Assembly: GCA_049521795.1 (NCBI GenBank) | Contig: JBEKOM010000001.1 | Location: 320,001 to 384,000, forward strand | Direction: 5' to 3' | Source: Candidatus Bathyarchaeia archaeon | GTDB taxonomy: Archaea > Thermoproteota > Bathyarchaeia > Bathyarchaeales > Bathycorpusculaceae | DNA: 64,000 nucleotides | Shown: in pieces, positions 1 through 9,739 of the stretch | How the letters are laid out: every line of letters begins with the position of its first letter | Numbering within the stretch: the stretch's first letter is position 1 | Translations under genes and position numbers: made by a program | The notes under the pieces: generated by a model | What the model was told of the DNA's origin: nothing | Database searches by the model: none | Seen by the model: only the letters and a program-made list of their open reading frames with translations

Positions 1-66
1 GGATGATGACAAGTGAGCCAGTGGGCCTTCGGGCTCGCAGGGGTTCGAGTCCCTTCCCCGGCGCCA
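1..66 (+). tRNA. tRNA-Ser, probably (UGA): 3' end of a canonical 37/38 intron (1-15) plus 3' exon (16-66); 5' part lies outside the window
   Basis: Long variable arm GGGCCTTCGGGCTC, T-arm AGGGG-TTCGAGT-CCCTT, acceptor 3' strand CCCCGGC, discriminator G, encoded CCA. The intron end CAAG-TG^A fits a BHB whose central helix pairs with C32-U33-U34-G35, implying anticodon UGA (inferred). Confidence 0.85.
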
Positions 67-110
67 TTTTCCCAGTAGGAGCCTTTTTTAGGCTAGTTCT
101 GTGCGCGCGC

Positions 111-2078
111 TCAACTAGTTTTGATCTTAACTCTGATTGAATTAAACCGAGGACCTGCACCAAGAATCTGTGGATTACTTGATGCCAAGCTGTTTAATGG
201 AACACCGTTCTTCCCAGTCAAAGGCCTTGGCGACCACAGAACTCCCTTGGAAACGTTTTCGGTTATGATTGCTTCGACAGTCAGTGCTCCAAACTCGTTG
301 AAAATGGTAACATCATCTCCGTTCTCGATCCCAAGAGTGCCTGCATCAGCGGGATTGATCCAGACGATCTCTGGGATCGGACCGTAAACGTCTCTGAACT
401 GGCTGTGGGTCCAATTAGGGAGAGAACTGTTCAGTAGGGTAAACCAGCTTTCATTCTCCTTGGGTGGCAGCTGCGCTGGCAGAGGGTTCGCACCTATTTC
501 ATGGGCTTTTGAAGAATATAGTTCGATCTTCCCTGAAGGCGTCTGATACTCTTTCGTGGGCCGCTGCCGGAGTTTGAGGATCTCCCCTTTGAACAGGTCA
601 TCGAAGCGTCCATTTTCAAACGACTCTGCCGTAGACTTTTGAAGGGCTTGCCATGGGTCCTCAAACACCCAAGACTCACGGCAACTCATCCTCTCAGCAA
701 GCTGTTGCATGATCCAGACTTCGTGCTTACACTCCCCAAGCGGCTCAACTGCCTTTGCAGAAAATCGAGTGTAAGGGTGATGGTCAGAGAAATTCAAGTC
801 AGACTTCTCTAGGTACGTGGCCGCGGGGAGAACAACATCCGCGAGTTTCGCGGTCTCGGTCCAATGTGTCTCATGAACAACTACAAACACGTCTTCTCTT
901 GAAAGACCAGCTCGTACAGCGTTCTGGTTTGGAAGCGTTGAAGCAGGGTTGGAACCCTTGATGAAAACGAACTTGAACTCACCAGAGCTTAATCGCGAAC
1001 CGACCGAAACCTGCTCAACGATTTTGGAACTTCTGCTGCTCATCTTGCTGCCGTTCATATAACCCCAATCAATGAATCGTCCTCTGGAGTCACTGTAGTG
1101 GAACCCACGATGCTGCCCAAGTAGCGCCGGTAGTAGACTCACAGCCCTAACGGCCTCTGCGCCATGACTCGACTTGTTTAACCCCAAACCTATCATGAAG
1201 CATACGGGGAGTTTTTCAACGAGTAACTCACATAGCTCCTCAACTCTTTTCCACGGGAGGTTTGTTGAACTTTCCACACGGCTGGGTGTCCAGCTCTTTG
1301 CCTCTTCCTTGAACTTGTCGTATCCTGTGGTCCATTCTTCAATGAATTGCTCAGCCAGTTTATCGTGTTCAATGAGCCATCGAGCTATTCCGTAAGACAG
1401 TGCTACGTCGCTGCCTGGGCGAGGGTTGACCCAGAGGTCGCAGCTCTCAGAGGTCTCGCTCTTTCTAGGGTCAATAGATATCAACGTTGCATTTTTTTCC
1501 TTCCGTGCTCTCAGCGAGAGGGCCCAAAGGTGAGGTGAACTGACTCTTGCGTTGTTTCCCCAGAACAGGATGGTTCCGCAATTGAGAACTTCCTCAAATC
1601 CGAGACCGTATGTGAGCCCGTAGTGGAGTCCGATTCCAGTGTGCCCGGATGTGCTGCAGAGAGCGCCGTCCGTGACCGTTACGCCTAGTGCGCGCCATAG
1701 TCTTTGGGAGAACTGCAAGCTAAGACATCCTTGGTTGCCCGCATAATCATAAAGCAAAACCGATTCATTGCCGTAATTCTCCAGGACACTAGTCAATTCT
1801 CTGGCAACCAGTTCCAGAGCGTCTGACCAAGAAACCCTTCCAAACTTGTCTCCGTTATTGACGTGAGGATAAAGAATGCGCTCTTTACTATATACCCGCT
1901 TAGGGTCTCCCACGCCTCGGGGACAAAGAAATCCCTGAGTTATCGGGTTTTCTTTGCTGCCCCTCGTAGATACGATCCTGCCATCTTCAACGATGACGTC
2001 AACAAAGCACGTATCTGGACAATCCCGGTGGCACACAGTCTTTACAACATTGGTTGATTTCTCGGGCCTGATTGACAC
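111..2078 (-). CDS. Molybdopterin (Mo-bisPGD) oxidoreductase, YoaE/YyaE-like, with N-terminal Fe-S motif
   Basis: CHRDCPDTC...C Fe-S motif, TETAKLADVVLPAATYLE, TPSGKIELYS, C-terminal dinucleotide-binding domain (WINPADAGTLGIENGD). Confidence 0.9.
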   Translation of the reverse strand: MSIRPEKSTNVVKTVCHRDCPDTCFVDVIVEDGRIVSTRGSKENPITQGFLCPRGVGDPKRVYSKERILYPHVNNGDKFGRVSWSDALELVARELTSVLENYGNESVLLYDYAGNQGCLSLQFSQRLWRALGVTVTDGALCSTSGHTGIGLHYGLTYGLGFEEVLNCGTILFWGNNARVSSPHLWALSLRARKEKNATLISIDPRKSETSESCDLWVNPRPGSDVALSYGIARWLIEHDKLAEQFIEEWTTGYDKFKEEAKSWTPSRVESSTNLPWKRVEELCELLVEKLPVCFMIGLGLNKSSHGAEAVRAVSLLPALLGQHRGFHYSDSRGRFIDWGYMNGSKMSSRSSKIVEQVSVGSRLSSGEFKFVFIKGSNPASTLPNQNAVRAGLSREDVFVVVHETHWTETAKLADVVLPAATYLEKSDLNFSDHHPYTRFSAKAVEPLGECKHEVWIMQQLAERMSCRESWVFEDPWQALQKSTAESFENGRFDDLFKGEILKLRQRPTKEYQTPSGKIELYSSKAHEIGANPLPAQLPPKENESWFTLLNSSLPNWTHSQFRDVYGPIPEIVWINPADAGTLGIENGDDVTIFNEFGALTVEAIITENVSKGVLWSPRPLTGKNGVPLNSLASSNPQILGAGPRFNSIRVKIKTS

Positions 2079-2370
2079 AGCTGTCTCCTTCTCGGTTGGT
2101 CACGCTTTCATAGGCAGATGAAGGAGATTCATAATAAGCCTTCCTAGATCTTCGAAGCTCTTGCGCAACAGGCAACTTGCGGCGCTCACTCGAGCTCTGA
2201 AAGCAATGAACTTGGAGGACGAGGCCAAGCAAACCAAGGGGTCTTTTGACCTGCAAGGTTCGAGTTCCTTCGATGACGCCATTAGCTTGTGCTGGGGTGA
2301 GGATTGCAACATGTTTAGTAGTGATCAATTTTTCTGGTTCATAACCCATATTAGATTCATAACAGAGAAC

Positions 2371-3192
2371 GTGTTTGAGGGTTCAATCTTGACTGTAACT
2401 GCGTGCGATGAAAAGGTAGTCATATCGGCTGAAACGGTACTTGCGAATGAGAGAATAGTGGAAAGGAAGACCATCGTCTACGAGACTCGTGTTGACCCGA
2501 CCGTGATAAAGGTGGCCGGGGAGAAGCTCAAGGATCAGCTGTTCACAAGGTTTGGGTTCTTGAAGCCTAAACCAGAAGAGATTCAATTCGTTTCCATCGA
2601 TAAGTACTATGAACCCTACACGATGATCAGTGGAAAATACGCGATTGATTACTACCGCAAGTGCGTTCACTCGGTTAAAGTGGACAAAGAAGTTCTAGAA
2701 GTTGTTCTTCTAAATCAAAAGTTTGAGCCCGAACAATCGACGGATTCTTCTGCCAAAGACCATAATGTGATTAGGCTCGAAGGAGAAGAGAGGTTAAGGA
2801 ATGAGGTCAAAGCCTCCCTTATCCTAGACAGGTTTGGGCGAGACGTCACACTTGAAAAACTCCCATCTGCTCCTTCGGAGAGAAATCCTAAGAAAATACT
2901 AGCACAATATAGCGTGGAAGAAATCGCTTCGAATGCTGATTTAGACTTTATAAGATCCAAAATAGTCAACCGGCCAAGGGACATAAATCGGCTTGTCAAT
3001 GAACTCTTTGAAGTTAACGAGCGAGTCGTAATCTACACTCCAAGGTTCAGAGTTCTCTACAGAAACGCAAAAACAGGCGAGCAAAAAGCCGTAGAATTTG
3101 ACGGTGTCACAGCTGAAAGAATCCAACAGAGCAAGAACGCAACTTCACGTGACGCTCTTCCTGTTCCTCCTCCGCCTCCTCCACCTACATAA
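2371..3192 (+). CDS. Hypothetical protein with C-terminal polyproline tail; start uncertain (2371-2458)
   Basis: Long ORF. Motifs YYEPY and IYTPRF..FDGVT echo the 45733 protein. The ORF-track extension to 2161 crosses AT-rich promoter-like DNA. Confidence 0.6.
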   Translation: MFEGSILTVTACDEKVVISAETVLANERIVERKTIVYETRVDPTVIKVAGEKLKDQLFTRFGFLKPKPEEIQFVSIDKYYEPYTMISGKYAIDYYRKCVHSVKVDKEVLEVVLLNQKFEPEQSTDSSAKDHNVIRLEGEERLRNEVKASLILDRFGRDVTLEKLPSAPSERNPKKILAQYSVEEIASNADLDFIRSKIVNRPRDINRLVNELFEVNERVVIYTPRFRVLYRNAKTGEQKAVEFDGVTAERIQQSKNATSRDALPVPPPPPPPT

Positions 3193-3301
3193 ACACGGCC
3201 TTGTCTATTTCTCGAGACTAAGCAAGCGTCAAAGTTGTTCGTTCGAAGATTCTTTTAATGCTTCTTCCATTTGAGCTTCCAAATTCACAAACGCACCACA
3301 G

Positions 3302-3742
3302 TCAACATTGTATGACCAATCGGCAGCCTTCATTTAGTTTTTCGATGCTGCTCCTGAACCCCAGCAGTCTGTAGGCATGAGGATAGATGATAGAGCAAAT
3401 GTGATCGCAGAAGTAGTCAGAGGGTAGGTCTTCACGGTGTTGATTACTCATCAATCTGATTGGGCACTTCTCCACGACGCCGACGCGTCCCTCAACGTTC
3501 AATTTCTCGACTTTTCTTCCTACCCATACCTTTTCTATTCTAGCCTCAAATTCAAGAAAGTCCTGTTTAGATCTTGCGACTAGGTTTCTTCTTTCTGCCG
3601 AAGCGCCAGTTTCTGCCCCGAATCTTGCAAAACTTCAAGCACATTTATGCCAGTTTTTCGTAAGATAATGGGTGATCAACAGGTAGACTCCAAACTCGAA
3701 AGACTTTCTTAGTTTGAGCTCCTCTTCGGGTGAGACTTTCAT
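3302..3742 (-). pseudogene. Decayed gene, possibly of the V4R/ATC-hydrolase-like fold
   Basis: ATG at 3742 (MKVSPEEELKLRKS), a frameshift in a T run, an in-frame TGA, then an open frame with CP...FCDHIC...C ending at 3302. Confidence 0.45.
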
Positions 3743-3843
3743 TTCTCTGTTCATTTGTGACACTAGAGAGAATAAAATTAAAGGGTGTATCAAGAGATTT
3801 TGTGAATTGTAGTGGTTTGATTTATCGAAGTTCGAGGGATACT

Positions 3844-4197
3844 ATGAAAAAGCTGTACGTTTGCGGAAGTTTCAGGTTCACCAGTGAGATGGAAGGATTG
3901 GAACGTGAGCTCAAAGAGGAGAACATCCAGTTTAAGATATCAAAGAAAACGGACAGTCGCGGGATCCTGGGATGCTTGAAAAAAGTCGATGGTGCAGATA
4001 TCGTATACGTCGTTAATCCACAAGGTTACATTGGTAAGAGCGTCTCCGTTGACATAGGATACGCCTATGCAAAGAATAAGTCAATATACGTCATGTACGC
4101 CGTAGACGACCCCCCAATAATGAACTTGATAAGCGATGTCCTATCTCCGAAAGCTTTAATCGCCTTTCTCAAGGAAAGCATTCCTAAGCGACGCTGA
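3844..4197 (+). CDS. Nucleoside 2-deoxyribosyltransferase-like (NDT/RCL) small protein
   Basis: LYVCGS start; ADIVYVVNPQGYIGKSVSVDIGYAYAKNKSIY matches the NDT-like pattern, with Asp at the usual Glu position. Confidence 0.65.
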   Translation: MKKLYVCGSFRFTSEMEGLERELKEENIQFKISKKTDSRGILGCLKKVDGADIVYVVNPQGYIGKSVSVDIGYAYAKNKSIYVMYAVDDPPIMNLISDVLSPKALIAFLKESIPKRR

Positions 4198-4229
4198 ACC
4201 GAGCCAACCACTAGGATAGGCGACTGTAA

Positions 4230-4780
4230 TTGCTTGAAGGCAGGAACGTGAACTTAAGGCTCATGGAGAAAGACGACGTAGACTTCATGGTGCAGTTGCG
4301 GAACGATATAGGTTCCAATGCGTATGTTTCTGTAAAACAGATATCGAAAACAGAAGCAATGAAAGAGTTTGACAATCCTACACCGTTAGCACTGATAACC
4401 GAAAGAACATGCTTCATCATTGAGAAAAAAGACGGCACAAAAATATTTACATGGTGCACTGGGTCGTTCAGCCCTCAAGGCACGTGGAAATCGGGTATTT
4501 TATGCTTACTAGCGAAAGGGGGAAAGGCTACTGCTCTGAAGCCGTTCAAGTAATGGTGGATTACCTGTTTCTCCCCAAGAATATTGTGCGGATTCAGGCA
4601 GGAACTGACGTAAGAAACGAAGCTTCCCCAAAAGTCTTGGAGAATGCAGGCTTCGTAAGAGAAGGCACAGTGCGCAAATCGGCCTTTAACAAGGGAGAAT
4701 GGTTCGACGGCTACATGTACAGCACTCTTAGGGAAGAATGGAAAGAACCTAGGATACTCTCAAAGAAGCTTACTCATTAA
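4230..4780 (+). pseudogene. RimJ/RimL-family GNAT acetyltransferase, frameshifted near 4445
   Basis: N-half MLEGRNVNLRLMEKDD..KKDGTKI is in one frame; C-half EIGY..ERGKGYCSEA..NEASPKVLENAGFVREG is in another. Confidence 0.8.
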
Positions 4781-4844
4781 GGGCCGATGTTTAGAGACTG
4801 AAATGGGGGTCAATGTCTTCTTGTCGCGCGCGTTTTTGGTATCG

Positions 4845-4917
4845 CGCGCCATGGATGACTCGCCGGTGATGGATTTGATAAATGATATTTTGTCCTTAGA
4901 AGCGTTGATTAACTTTC
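4845..4917 (+). pseudogene. Diverged duplicate fragment of the C-terminus of the 3844-4197 gene
   Basis: AMDDSPVMDLINDILSLEALINF versus AVDDPPIMNLISDVLSPKALIAF. Confidence 0.65.
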
Positions 4918-5039
4918 AAAGGGTTCTTTGCCTACCTGTATTCTCTTCACCTGTTACCGTAACCTTGTCAAGGAGGTCGTTTCTTGCCGCAAAGGTTTAA
5001 TTTTTCCTTGCCTAGATTTGACTACGAGAGTGTGTCTAG

Positions 5040-5642
5040 TTGAGGGAACCTTTTGCCGACTTTGTTAAGGCCGAGTTAGAGCCCAGAACTCTACTGATTA
5101 CCTGTGGACTCCCAGGAACCTGGAAAACAGAGACCTCAGAGGAGGTCTCAAAAATCAAGGGATACCCCATCCTTCGAACCGATTTGATTCGATTGGAGGT
5201 TCTCAAGAACGAGGACATTTTTGACGAAAAAGTTGCCTCGAACATGAGCAAACGAGAGCTTGTCTATGATGAGACGTTTCGCCGGGCAGAAGATCTTGTA
5301 AAGATGGGCAGAGACGTAATATTGGATGCTACCTTTGTAACCCAAGAACTGCGAAGACGAGCTGCTGCGATCGCTGCAAAATACAACATGACTTTTGCCA
5401 TACTTCAGACTCACTGCTCTGAAGAAGTGTCAATTGCACGGATTTTGAGAAGAACCAAAGGGAACTACGAGTCAAATGCCTTAACCAAAGAAGCTTATCT
5501 TAACAACAAGAAGAAGTTTGAGACCGTTGACTTGGATGATTTGGAAAAGAGATATCCGAAACTTCGGATACTACACTTAACAGTCGACACTGAGTATGAT
5601 AATCCTAAGGACTGGTACGTAATCGGGATGGAAAAAAGGTAG
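5040..5642 (+). CDS. AAA_33-family P-loop kinase (COG0645-like)
   Basis: CGLPGTWKT (variant Walker A), RTDLIR, VILDATF. Confidence 0.85.
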   Translation: MREPFADFVKAELEPRTLLITCGLPGTWKTETSEEVSKIKGYPILRTDLIRLEVLKNEDIFDEKVASNMSKRELVYDETFRRAEDLVKMGRDVILDATFVTQELRRRAAAIAAKYNMTFAILQTHCSEEVSIARILRRTKGNYESNALTKEAYLNNKKKFETVDLDDLEKRYPKLRILHLTVDTEYDNPKDWYVIGMEKR

Positions 5643-5656
5643 ATGGACCCTGTTTT

Positions 5657-6532
5657 ATGATAATAGATTTGCATATTCATTCAAAAAGCTGTTCTGATGG
5701 AAACTTAACTGTTGAAGAACTTGTTAAGGAAGCCAAAATCAGAAAAATCGGGTTGATGTCGATCACGGATCACGACTCAATTGGCTGTCAAGAAGAAGCT
5801 ATAGCTTTGACGAATGAAAACGGAATCCGTTATGTTGTTGGAGTTGAATTGAACGTAACCCTGTTGGATGCCAGATTTTTGAGGGGCAGATCACTGTCTC
5901 TAGATTTCTTGGGTTATCAATTTGACACGAAGAATAAGGAGTTAGGTGACAAGCTGACACAAATCGCACAGTATCGAGAGGAAAGAGCGGCTAGGATTTT
6001 GGACAAGATTAATGCAGAGTTTGAAAAAGAAGGAATCGAAAAGTTAACGAAAAACGATTTGGGCAAGATTCAGAGTTCCGTTGACGGAGTTATTGGAAGG
6101 CCTCATATAGCAAACTATCTTGTGGGAAAGGGAATTGTTAGAACAAAACAAGAAGCTTTTGACAAGTATCTTGTGAAATGTGATGTTCCCAAGTTTCCTC
6201 TTTTCATAAAAGAGGCTTCGAGAGTTGTAAGAAATGCTGGAGGACTAGTAGTTTTGGCTCATCCTAACGACCCTCATGGGACCTCACTTGCGACCCTGAC
6301 CAAATCTCTGCAAAAGCAGACGGACATGATAAAAGAGTTGTTCTTAGGATATATTGATGGAATAGAGTGTTGGCACTCTAGAAGCGACTCCGCAACGACG
6401 AATCATTACATAAAGTTTGCAAAAGAGCATGGACTAATCATGACTGGGGGAAGCGATTGTCATCAAAAGCCGGTCCTCATGGGAACTGTGAAAGTCCCGG
6501 AATTTGTAGCTGATCAATTCAGCCCTAGGTGA
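5657..6532 (+). CDS. PHP-domain phosphoesterase (TrpH/YciV-like)
   Basis: DLHIHS, ITDHD, GRPHIA, LAHP, GGSDCH motifs. Confidence 0.92.
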   Translation: MIIDLHIHSKSCSDGNLTVEELVKEAKIRKIGLMSITDHDSIGCQEEAIALTNENGIRYVVGVELNVTLLDARFLRGRSLSLDFLGYQFDTKNKELGDKLTQIAQYREERAARILDKINAEFEKEGIEKLTKNDLGKIQSSVDGVIGRPHIANYLVGKGIVRTKQEAFDKYLVKCDVPKFPLFIKEASRVVRNAGGLVVLAHPNDPHGTSLATLTKSLQKQTDMIKELFLGYIDGIECWHSRSDSATTNHYIKFAKEHGLIMTGGSDCHQKPVLMGTVKVPEFVADQFSPR

Positions 6533-6544
6533 ACTTCCGGTGAT

Positions 6545-7579
6545 TCAGAGGGCCGCGCTTTTCTTTGGGCCCATCAGAGTTTCCGCATAAGCGGAAGCTA
6601 GTTGGAAGTATGCCTTTGCTTCTTCCATTGCTTGTCTCTTTTCCCCGCTACTTACACTGGCGTCTTCAAGTTTGAAACTGGCAACTTTTCCTCGCACGTA
6701 GGCTCGGTAGCATTTGTAGAAAGGAAGAATCTTCTTCAACTTTCGGTCTCCAGAATATTCGACATATCTATTGATGAAGAAGTCAGATAGATCGGTTCGT
6801 CCTTTGAAGTCTAAATCCATAGCTAAGAAGGCGATATCGGAGGCAACGTCAGAAAACCTAAATCTTTCGTTGAATTCTATCGCGTCGAAGATGTAAATTC
6901 GGTCTGCTAAAAAGATGTTACCCGAATGAATGTCCCCGTGACAGTCTTTGACTCGGTCCTCCTCAGCCCTATTCTGAAAAAAAGACCCAGTTCTCTTCAT
7001 AAACTCGTACACTCTTTCACGGATTAGCTTGAAATCCCTTGTTGATATCGTTTTGCCGACAAATCTCGAGGTCTGTTCAAAATTTTCTTTCCAATTGGTT
7101 TCTATTATCGCCAAGGAACCGAACTCGCTTATCATCTTGTTCGTATCCGCCTTTGAATGGAATTCAGCGATGATCTTCGCTATTCTGTCAATAAGCTCAT
7201 TATCCACCTTGTTCTCTTCGAGCAGCTTGCTCATCATCTTTTCCTGAGGCATTCTCTTCATCTTCACAGCATATTCGACAGTTTGCCCTTCGCCCCTAAT
7301 CTTAATCACGTTTGATCTGTTGATAGGAACAACCTCAAGATACATACCTTCGCACAAGCGCTTGTTGAGCTCCAGTTCTCTTTCGCAGAAGAACCGCCTC
7401 TTTTCGAGAGTTGTGAAGTCCAGAAATCCAAGATTCACAGCCTTCTTCACTTTGTAGACAAAGTTTCTGGTCAAAAAGACGAAGGATATGTGGGTCTGGG
7501 TAAGTTCAATTCTGCCTGGTTGCTCATCATAAGCCTCAGGTGTCATTAGAGCTTCTACAACTTGTTTCTGAATGGACAT
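6545..7579 (-). CDS. Aminoglycoside phosphotransferase-like kinase (COG2187 type)
   Basis: QTHISFVFL, YKVKK..LGFLDFTTLEKRRFFCERELELN, HGDIHSGNI, FDAIEFNERFR, YRAYVRGKV. Confidence 0.9.
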   Translation of the reverse strand: MSIQKQVVEALMTPEAYDEQPGRIELTQTHISFVFLTRNFVYKVKKAVNLGFLDFTTLEKRRFFCERELELNKRLCEGMYLEVVPINRSNVIKIRGEGQTVEYAVKMKRMPQEKMMSKLLEENKVDNELIDRIAKIIAEFHSKADTNKMISEFGSLAIIETNWKENFEQTSRFVGKTISTRDFKLIRERVYEFMKRTGSFFQNRAEEDRVKDCHGDIHSGNIFLADRIYIFDAIEFNERFRFSDVASDIAFLAMDLDFKGRTDLSDFFINRYVEYSGDRKLKKILPFYKCYRAYVRGKVASFKLEDASVSSGEKRQAMEEAKAYFQLASAYAETLMGPKKSAAL

Positions 7580-7680
7580 CTACTAGGTCTGCTTCCTTTA
7601 GACCATTTGACAGCCTTTCTGTCGCTGATAGAACATCAATTAGCCATATAGGGCTTTCCAGTATCGCGAGCTAGGCGGGT

Positions 7681-8301
7681 TCAAATCTGCTTTTTCATCC
7701 ACATGCACGGCTTTGATACGAAGCAATTATCCTTTATGAAAAATCTCCAAGGCAAGTGCTTCCATTCCTCTGCGTAGTCTACGTTAACCCTTGTTGTTTG
7801 AATGACCTGTTTCTCATTTATCGTCACACCCGTGTCAATGAATAAAGGTGGAACAGACAAGTCTGTACCATTTTGTTTTTTCGATATGCCCATGGCAATG
7901 CAAAGCTTGCTTGGGCCATTGGCTAAACTTACTATCCGACTTCTGGCAGAACTCCTCCTTCGGATCATGAGGTCAACGCCCTCTATCGGCTCAAACGCTC
8001 TAACCAAGATTGCCTCCGGTTTTCCAACAAGGCTTCCACTCGTGACGTTAAAACAGAAATACATTCCATAAACTTGATAGATGTATGCGTGTCCCTTAGG
8101 CCCGAACTGAACTTCTGTCCGTTGTGTCCGGAGATTTTTGTAGGCATGAGATGCCTTATCCTCTGGACCTGTGTAGGCTTCTGTCTCAACGATTTTGCCT
8201 ATCGTGGTTCCTTCTGTGTTCTCATGAACAAGGAATTTTCCAAGGAGCTCTTTCGCAACAGTTAATGTGTCTTGTTCATAGAACGTTCTGTTCAGGATCA
8301 T
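7681..8301 (-). CDS. mpg: 3-methyladenine DNA glycosylase (AAG/MPG family)
   Basis: IVETEAY, DKASHA, YIYQVYGMYFCFNV, NGPSKLC, PWRF. Confidence 0.93.
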   Translation of the reverse strand: MILNRTFYEQDTLTVAKELLGKFLVHENTEGTTIGKIVETEAYTGPEDKASHAYKNLRTQRTEVQFGPKGHAYIYQVYGMYFCFNVTSGSLVGKPEAILVRAFEPIEGVDLMIRRRSSARSRIVSLANGPSKLCIAMGISKKQNGTDLSVPPLFIDTGVTINEKQVIQTTRVNVDYAEEWKHLPWRFFIKDNCFVSKPCMWMKKQI

Positions 8302-8426
8302 CTGTCACAGTGAGGAGTTGGATTATAATAAATTCTTATCGCCCAAGATCCTCTGCCTTTCACGCGCGAAGCTGGATATCTCATTTATGAGGTGGCAGAA
8401 AAACTGTTCGGCAACATTTTCTTGAG

Positions 8427-8615
8427 CTAACGCCTTGCTTTCATCACAGCTAATGCTTTCAATGGTCTTTTTTCTTGTGGTATGGTTACAACCAACACGG
8501 CCATCTTTCTAATGGCTTCTTCCGCTGCATGTCGGGCCTCTTTTCTGGCTTCATATTCCCCTTTAAGCTCAATCCAGGGCAGTGTTTCTTCAACTCTTAT
8601 CATCACCGTATACAA
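8427..8615 (-). CDS. Small hypothetical protein
   Basis: 62-aa ORF with protein-like composition (LPWIELKGEY), divergent from 8796. Confidence 0.5.
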   Translation of the reverse strand: MYTVMIRVEETLPWIELKGEYEARKEARHAAEEAIRKMAVLVVTIPQEKRPLKALAVMKARR

Positions 8616-8795
8616 GCTTTGACGCCTCTGAACGAGAGGTTACGTGTACCCATTAAAACGATTATGAATTCTGAATAATGACCCTAGATCAACGTGCGAC
8701 GGAGAACGAAGAACATGCATTCCTTATTAGTGATACTGACTCTCACTGCATTAGCACTATAAGGGGCAAGATCTGATCGTTATCGATGGTCAATT

Positions 8796-9188
8796 ATGCA
8801 AAGAAAGAAGAAGAGTGCCAAAGAAGGCAAGTTTGCGTGTCCGAATTCGTCGTGTGGCCTGGTCTTTTCGAAGCCTGTGAAAGTCAAGAACGTGGGTTCC
8901 GAAGATTCACAATGTTATGACGCGTGTCCACGTTGTCTGACATCTATAACCGTAGAAGAAAGCGTTCCAGTTGTTTACGCGAAGCCGGGTGCAACGGTTG
9001 AGAATAACAAAGAACAGGATATTGTCGTCGGCAGCTCGGAAGAGAGAATGGCAACGTCATCAACGACTGTGCAGTGTGCGTACCATCTTGGATACCTGAG
9101 TGAACGGGCAAGGAATGAAAAGATACCTGAAGATTGTATAGTTTGTGAAAACATAGTGAAGTGTATGCTCAAAGCTGTCAACGGTTAA
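8796..9188 (+). CDS. Cys-rich zinc-finger hypothetical protein
   Basis: CPNSSC...CPRC and C..HLGYL...CIVC...C clusters. Confidence 0.7.
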   Translation: MQRKKKSAKEGKFACPNSSCGLVFSKPVKVKNVGSEDSQCYDACPRCLTSITVEESVPVVYAKPGATVENNKEQDIVVGSSEERMATSSTTVQCAYHLGYLSERARNEKIPEDCIVCENIVKCMLKAVNG

Positions 9189-9294
9189 GATGACTGAAGA
9201 CAAAAAGATCGTTAGCTGACTTTTACCTTTTTGCCCCAGAGTGAAATTGGTTAACACAAGCTTCTTGTAGAATAAAAAAAACTAGGCGTCTTGG

Positions 9295-9666
9295 TTATTC
9301 TTCGCCTTTTTTCTTCTTTTCTGGTTTCTTTGTCTCTTCCTTTGGCATTTCCTTTGGCGTCTCTTCGGCTGGTTTTTCTTCAACAGTAGGCTTCTCTTCT
9401 TTTTCCATTTCACTTGTGATCTCTTCGATCGGTTTTGGCGGCGGTGTCGTGGCCATTGTCCAACCTATCCATGCGCCTATGCCCATTATGGCGATGAAGG
9501 CGACCAGAACTGGTATTGCTACGACCCAGAATTGGACACCCGAGGTATCTAAGCCGAATGCTTGGTTGAGCCATCCTGGCCAGAAGAGCGTAATGACATA
9601 CAGAAGGCCAACAATCGCGCAGACGATGAATATTACTCCACCTATCGCTTGATCTTTACTAACCAT
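9295..9666 (-). CDS. Two-TM small membrane protein with K/E-rich tail, DPM2-like pattern
   Basis: DQAIG-TM1...VVAIP-TM2-IGWTM followed by TPPPKPIEEI and a charged tail. Confidence 0.7.
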   Translation of the reverse strand: MVSKDQAIGGVIFIVCAIVGLLYVITLFWPGWLNQAFGLDTSGVQFWVVAIPVLVAFIAIMGIGAWIGWTMATTPPPKPIEEITSEMEKEEKPTVEEKPAEETPKEMPKEETKKPEKKKKGEE

Positions 9667-9739
9667 TGGCATCACCACATGTTAGCCATGTTTATCTCTT
9701 TAATACCTTTTAAAGTTTACCATGTCTTAAGGTGAGCTG

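Noticed and set aside
1-66. tRNA-Ser 3' half as an attR duplicate rather than a real gene
   Set aside because: The preceding bases fit a BHB intron end complementary to a Ser(UGA) anticodon loop, favouring a real intron-containing gene cut by the window edge.
2161-2370. ORF-track N-terminal extension of the 343-aa ORF and the overlapping minus-strand ORFs 1999-2349 and 2100-2312
   Set aside because: The extension crosses AT-rich promoter-like DNA and none shows recognisable motifs.
4430-4460. Programmed frameshift in the GNAT gene
   Set aside because: No clear slippery heptamer with a downstream structure at the junction, and neighbouring genes are also decayed.
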